The translations under genes were made by a program, and so were the position numbers. A stretch of DNA of 64,000 bases from Sphyrna mokarran (Eukaryota), in NCBI GenBank assembly GCA_024679065.1, contig JAGIQG010000036.1, positions 12,524,001 to 12,588,000 of the forward strand, written 5' to 3'. This document shows, piece by piece, positions 62,576 to 64,000 of the stretch. Position 1 is the first letter of the stretch. Every line of letters begins with the position of its first letter. The notes below the pieces were generated by a model. It was not told the origin of the DNA, made no database searches, and saw only the letters and a list, made by a program, of their open reading frames with translations.

Positions 62576-64000
62576 CCAAAGGCAGCAGGAAACAGCTGCT
62601 TGGCAAAGCACTGCGCGGCGCGTTTAGCAGCCTTTGTGCAGAGCGAAAATGCTTTTGACAATAAAATTAGGATAGCTATCAATATTAGAGATAAATAAAG
62701 TAATACCGAAAAAGTAAGCAGGAAAATGAACATCCATCTTGCCAGTACTAAGAGGTTATAATTTTAGGGAAAAACAAACATCTTCACTAACCCATTGAAT
62801 GTGTCTCCAACTTCCGTTGCCTCGGCAAAGCAGAAAGCATAGTTGAGAACAACAGCACCCCGGATTCTCTCTTCCGCATCCTTCGGCTGGGTAAAAGAAC
62901 AGCTTTTTCCCTGCTATCAGAATTTTGACTGGACTAACCTCACATTAAGGTTATCTTTCTGGACACCCCAGCTATAATTGTAACACACTATTCTGCACTC
63001 CCTGGTTTCTTTCTCCGTGTAGAGTATTCTTTTCCTGCATAGCGCGCAAGGAGCAATATATTTCACAATATACTAATATATGTGATAATGATTAGGAAAT
63101 AAAAGAACTTTGGGGTGAGCTGTCATTCATAAATGCATTTGGAATTCAACAGAAATTGCTTTACTCAATGGCTGCTAAGGTTGTGGGACCCGCTACCACA
63201 GGGAGGTTCTCGCATTGAGCCGCGAAGGTTCAATTCAGAATTAGATAACAAAGTAGATGCGGGATATGGTCGAAGTGACCCTTCTGGAGCTAATCTAATG
63301 AACATAACAGACCGAGGGCCAGTGTGTTTCATCAGCTTGTTTTGATGATACTAATAATGATAAGACATGAAGTTATTCATAAGACATGAAAAAATTCTCT
63401 GCCCATTGAAGTGCTGGAGGCTACCTCGTTGAATATATTTAAGTCACGGGTAGATAGGTTTCTGATAGACAGCGGAATTAAGGGTTATGGGGAGAAAGCG
63501 GGAAAGTGGAACTGATCCACTTCAGATCAGCCATGATCTTGTTGAACGGTGGGGCAGACACGATGGGCTAGATGGCCCACTCCTGCTCCAATTTCTTATG
63601 AAGACGACAAGCTGGGGCGTGTGAAAGAAATGTCTGTTTGAAAGAAATACAAAGGTATTGTTTTTGGTCTCTGGTTTCTTCCTTCGAGGGGCCAGCAGAG
63701 GGCAGTGCATCACTGCCAACTATCTCCTTGTCTGCCAAAAGCTTTATGAATAACATAGAACATAAAACATAGAATATTACAGCACAATGTAGATCATTCA
63801 GCCCTCGATTGTTTAAACCAACCTAAAGCCCATCTAAGCAATACTATTCCAATATCATCCGAAATCATAAGTGGAGAAAATTGAGCCGCTGTAGCCTGTT
63901 CGTGTGCTTCTATGCTTGGAATTTCTACCCATCATATGATCGTTATAGTGCAGATGGAGGCCTTCTGCTCTGGCATTCTGAAAGAACCTTCTGCCCAATC

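Larger units (their letters stand above)
54344..64000 (-). repeat. Large inverted duplication, right arm (runs off the window)
   Basis: Reverse complement of 13084-22740. Confidence 0.95.

Overview
Vertebrate, repeat-rich genomic DNA, almost certainly from a cartilaginous fish (shark): it carries HE1/V-SINE-like and Deu-type SINEs, CR1, L2 and Rex1 LINE fragments, Penelope-like elements and a ~68-bp satellite. Most ORF-track entries are noise or LINE debris; the real genes are spliced and were rebuilt by hand. (1) A YIF1B internal exon at 889-1109 (-), with no native first exon found. (2) A cluster of group I-type secretory phospholipase A2 genes: two complete 4-exon genes (A2 22461-28364, 155 aa; B 41634-52186, 159 aa), a copy lacking exon 4 (A1 5610-9060), an orphan exon 4 (54475-54623 +) and two dead exon-1 relics. 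(3) Three TRBV30-like T-cell receptor beta V pseudogenes with 23-bp-spacer recombination signals, interleaved with the PLA2 genes. Two near-identical duplications shape the window: a 6.4-kb direct repeat (3548-9956 / 22851-29260) and an inverted repeat of at least 9.6 kb (13084-22740 / 54344-64000). The most striking consequence is that PLA2-A1 exons 1-3 sit upstream of YIF1B exon 2 on the same strand and in the same splice phase, predicting an in-frame PLA2-YIF1B chimera. A noisy junction suggests part of this architecture may be an assembly artefact.
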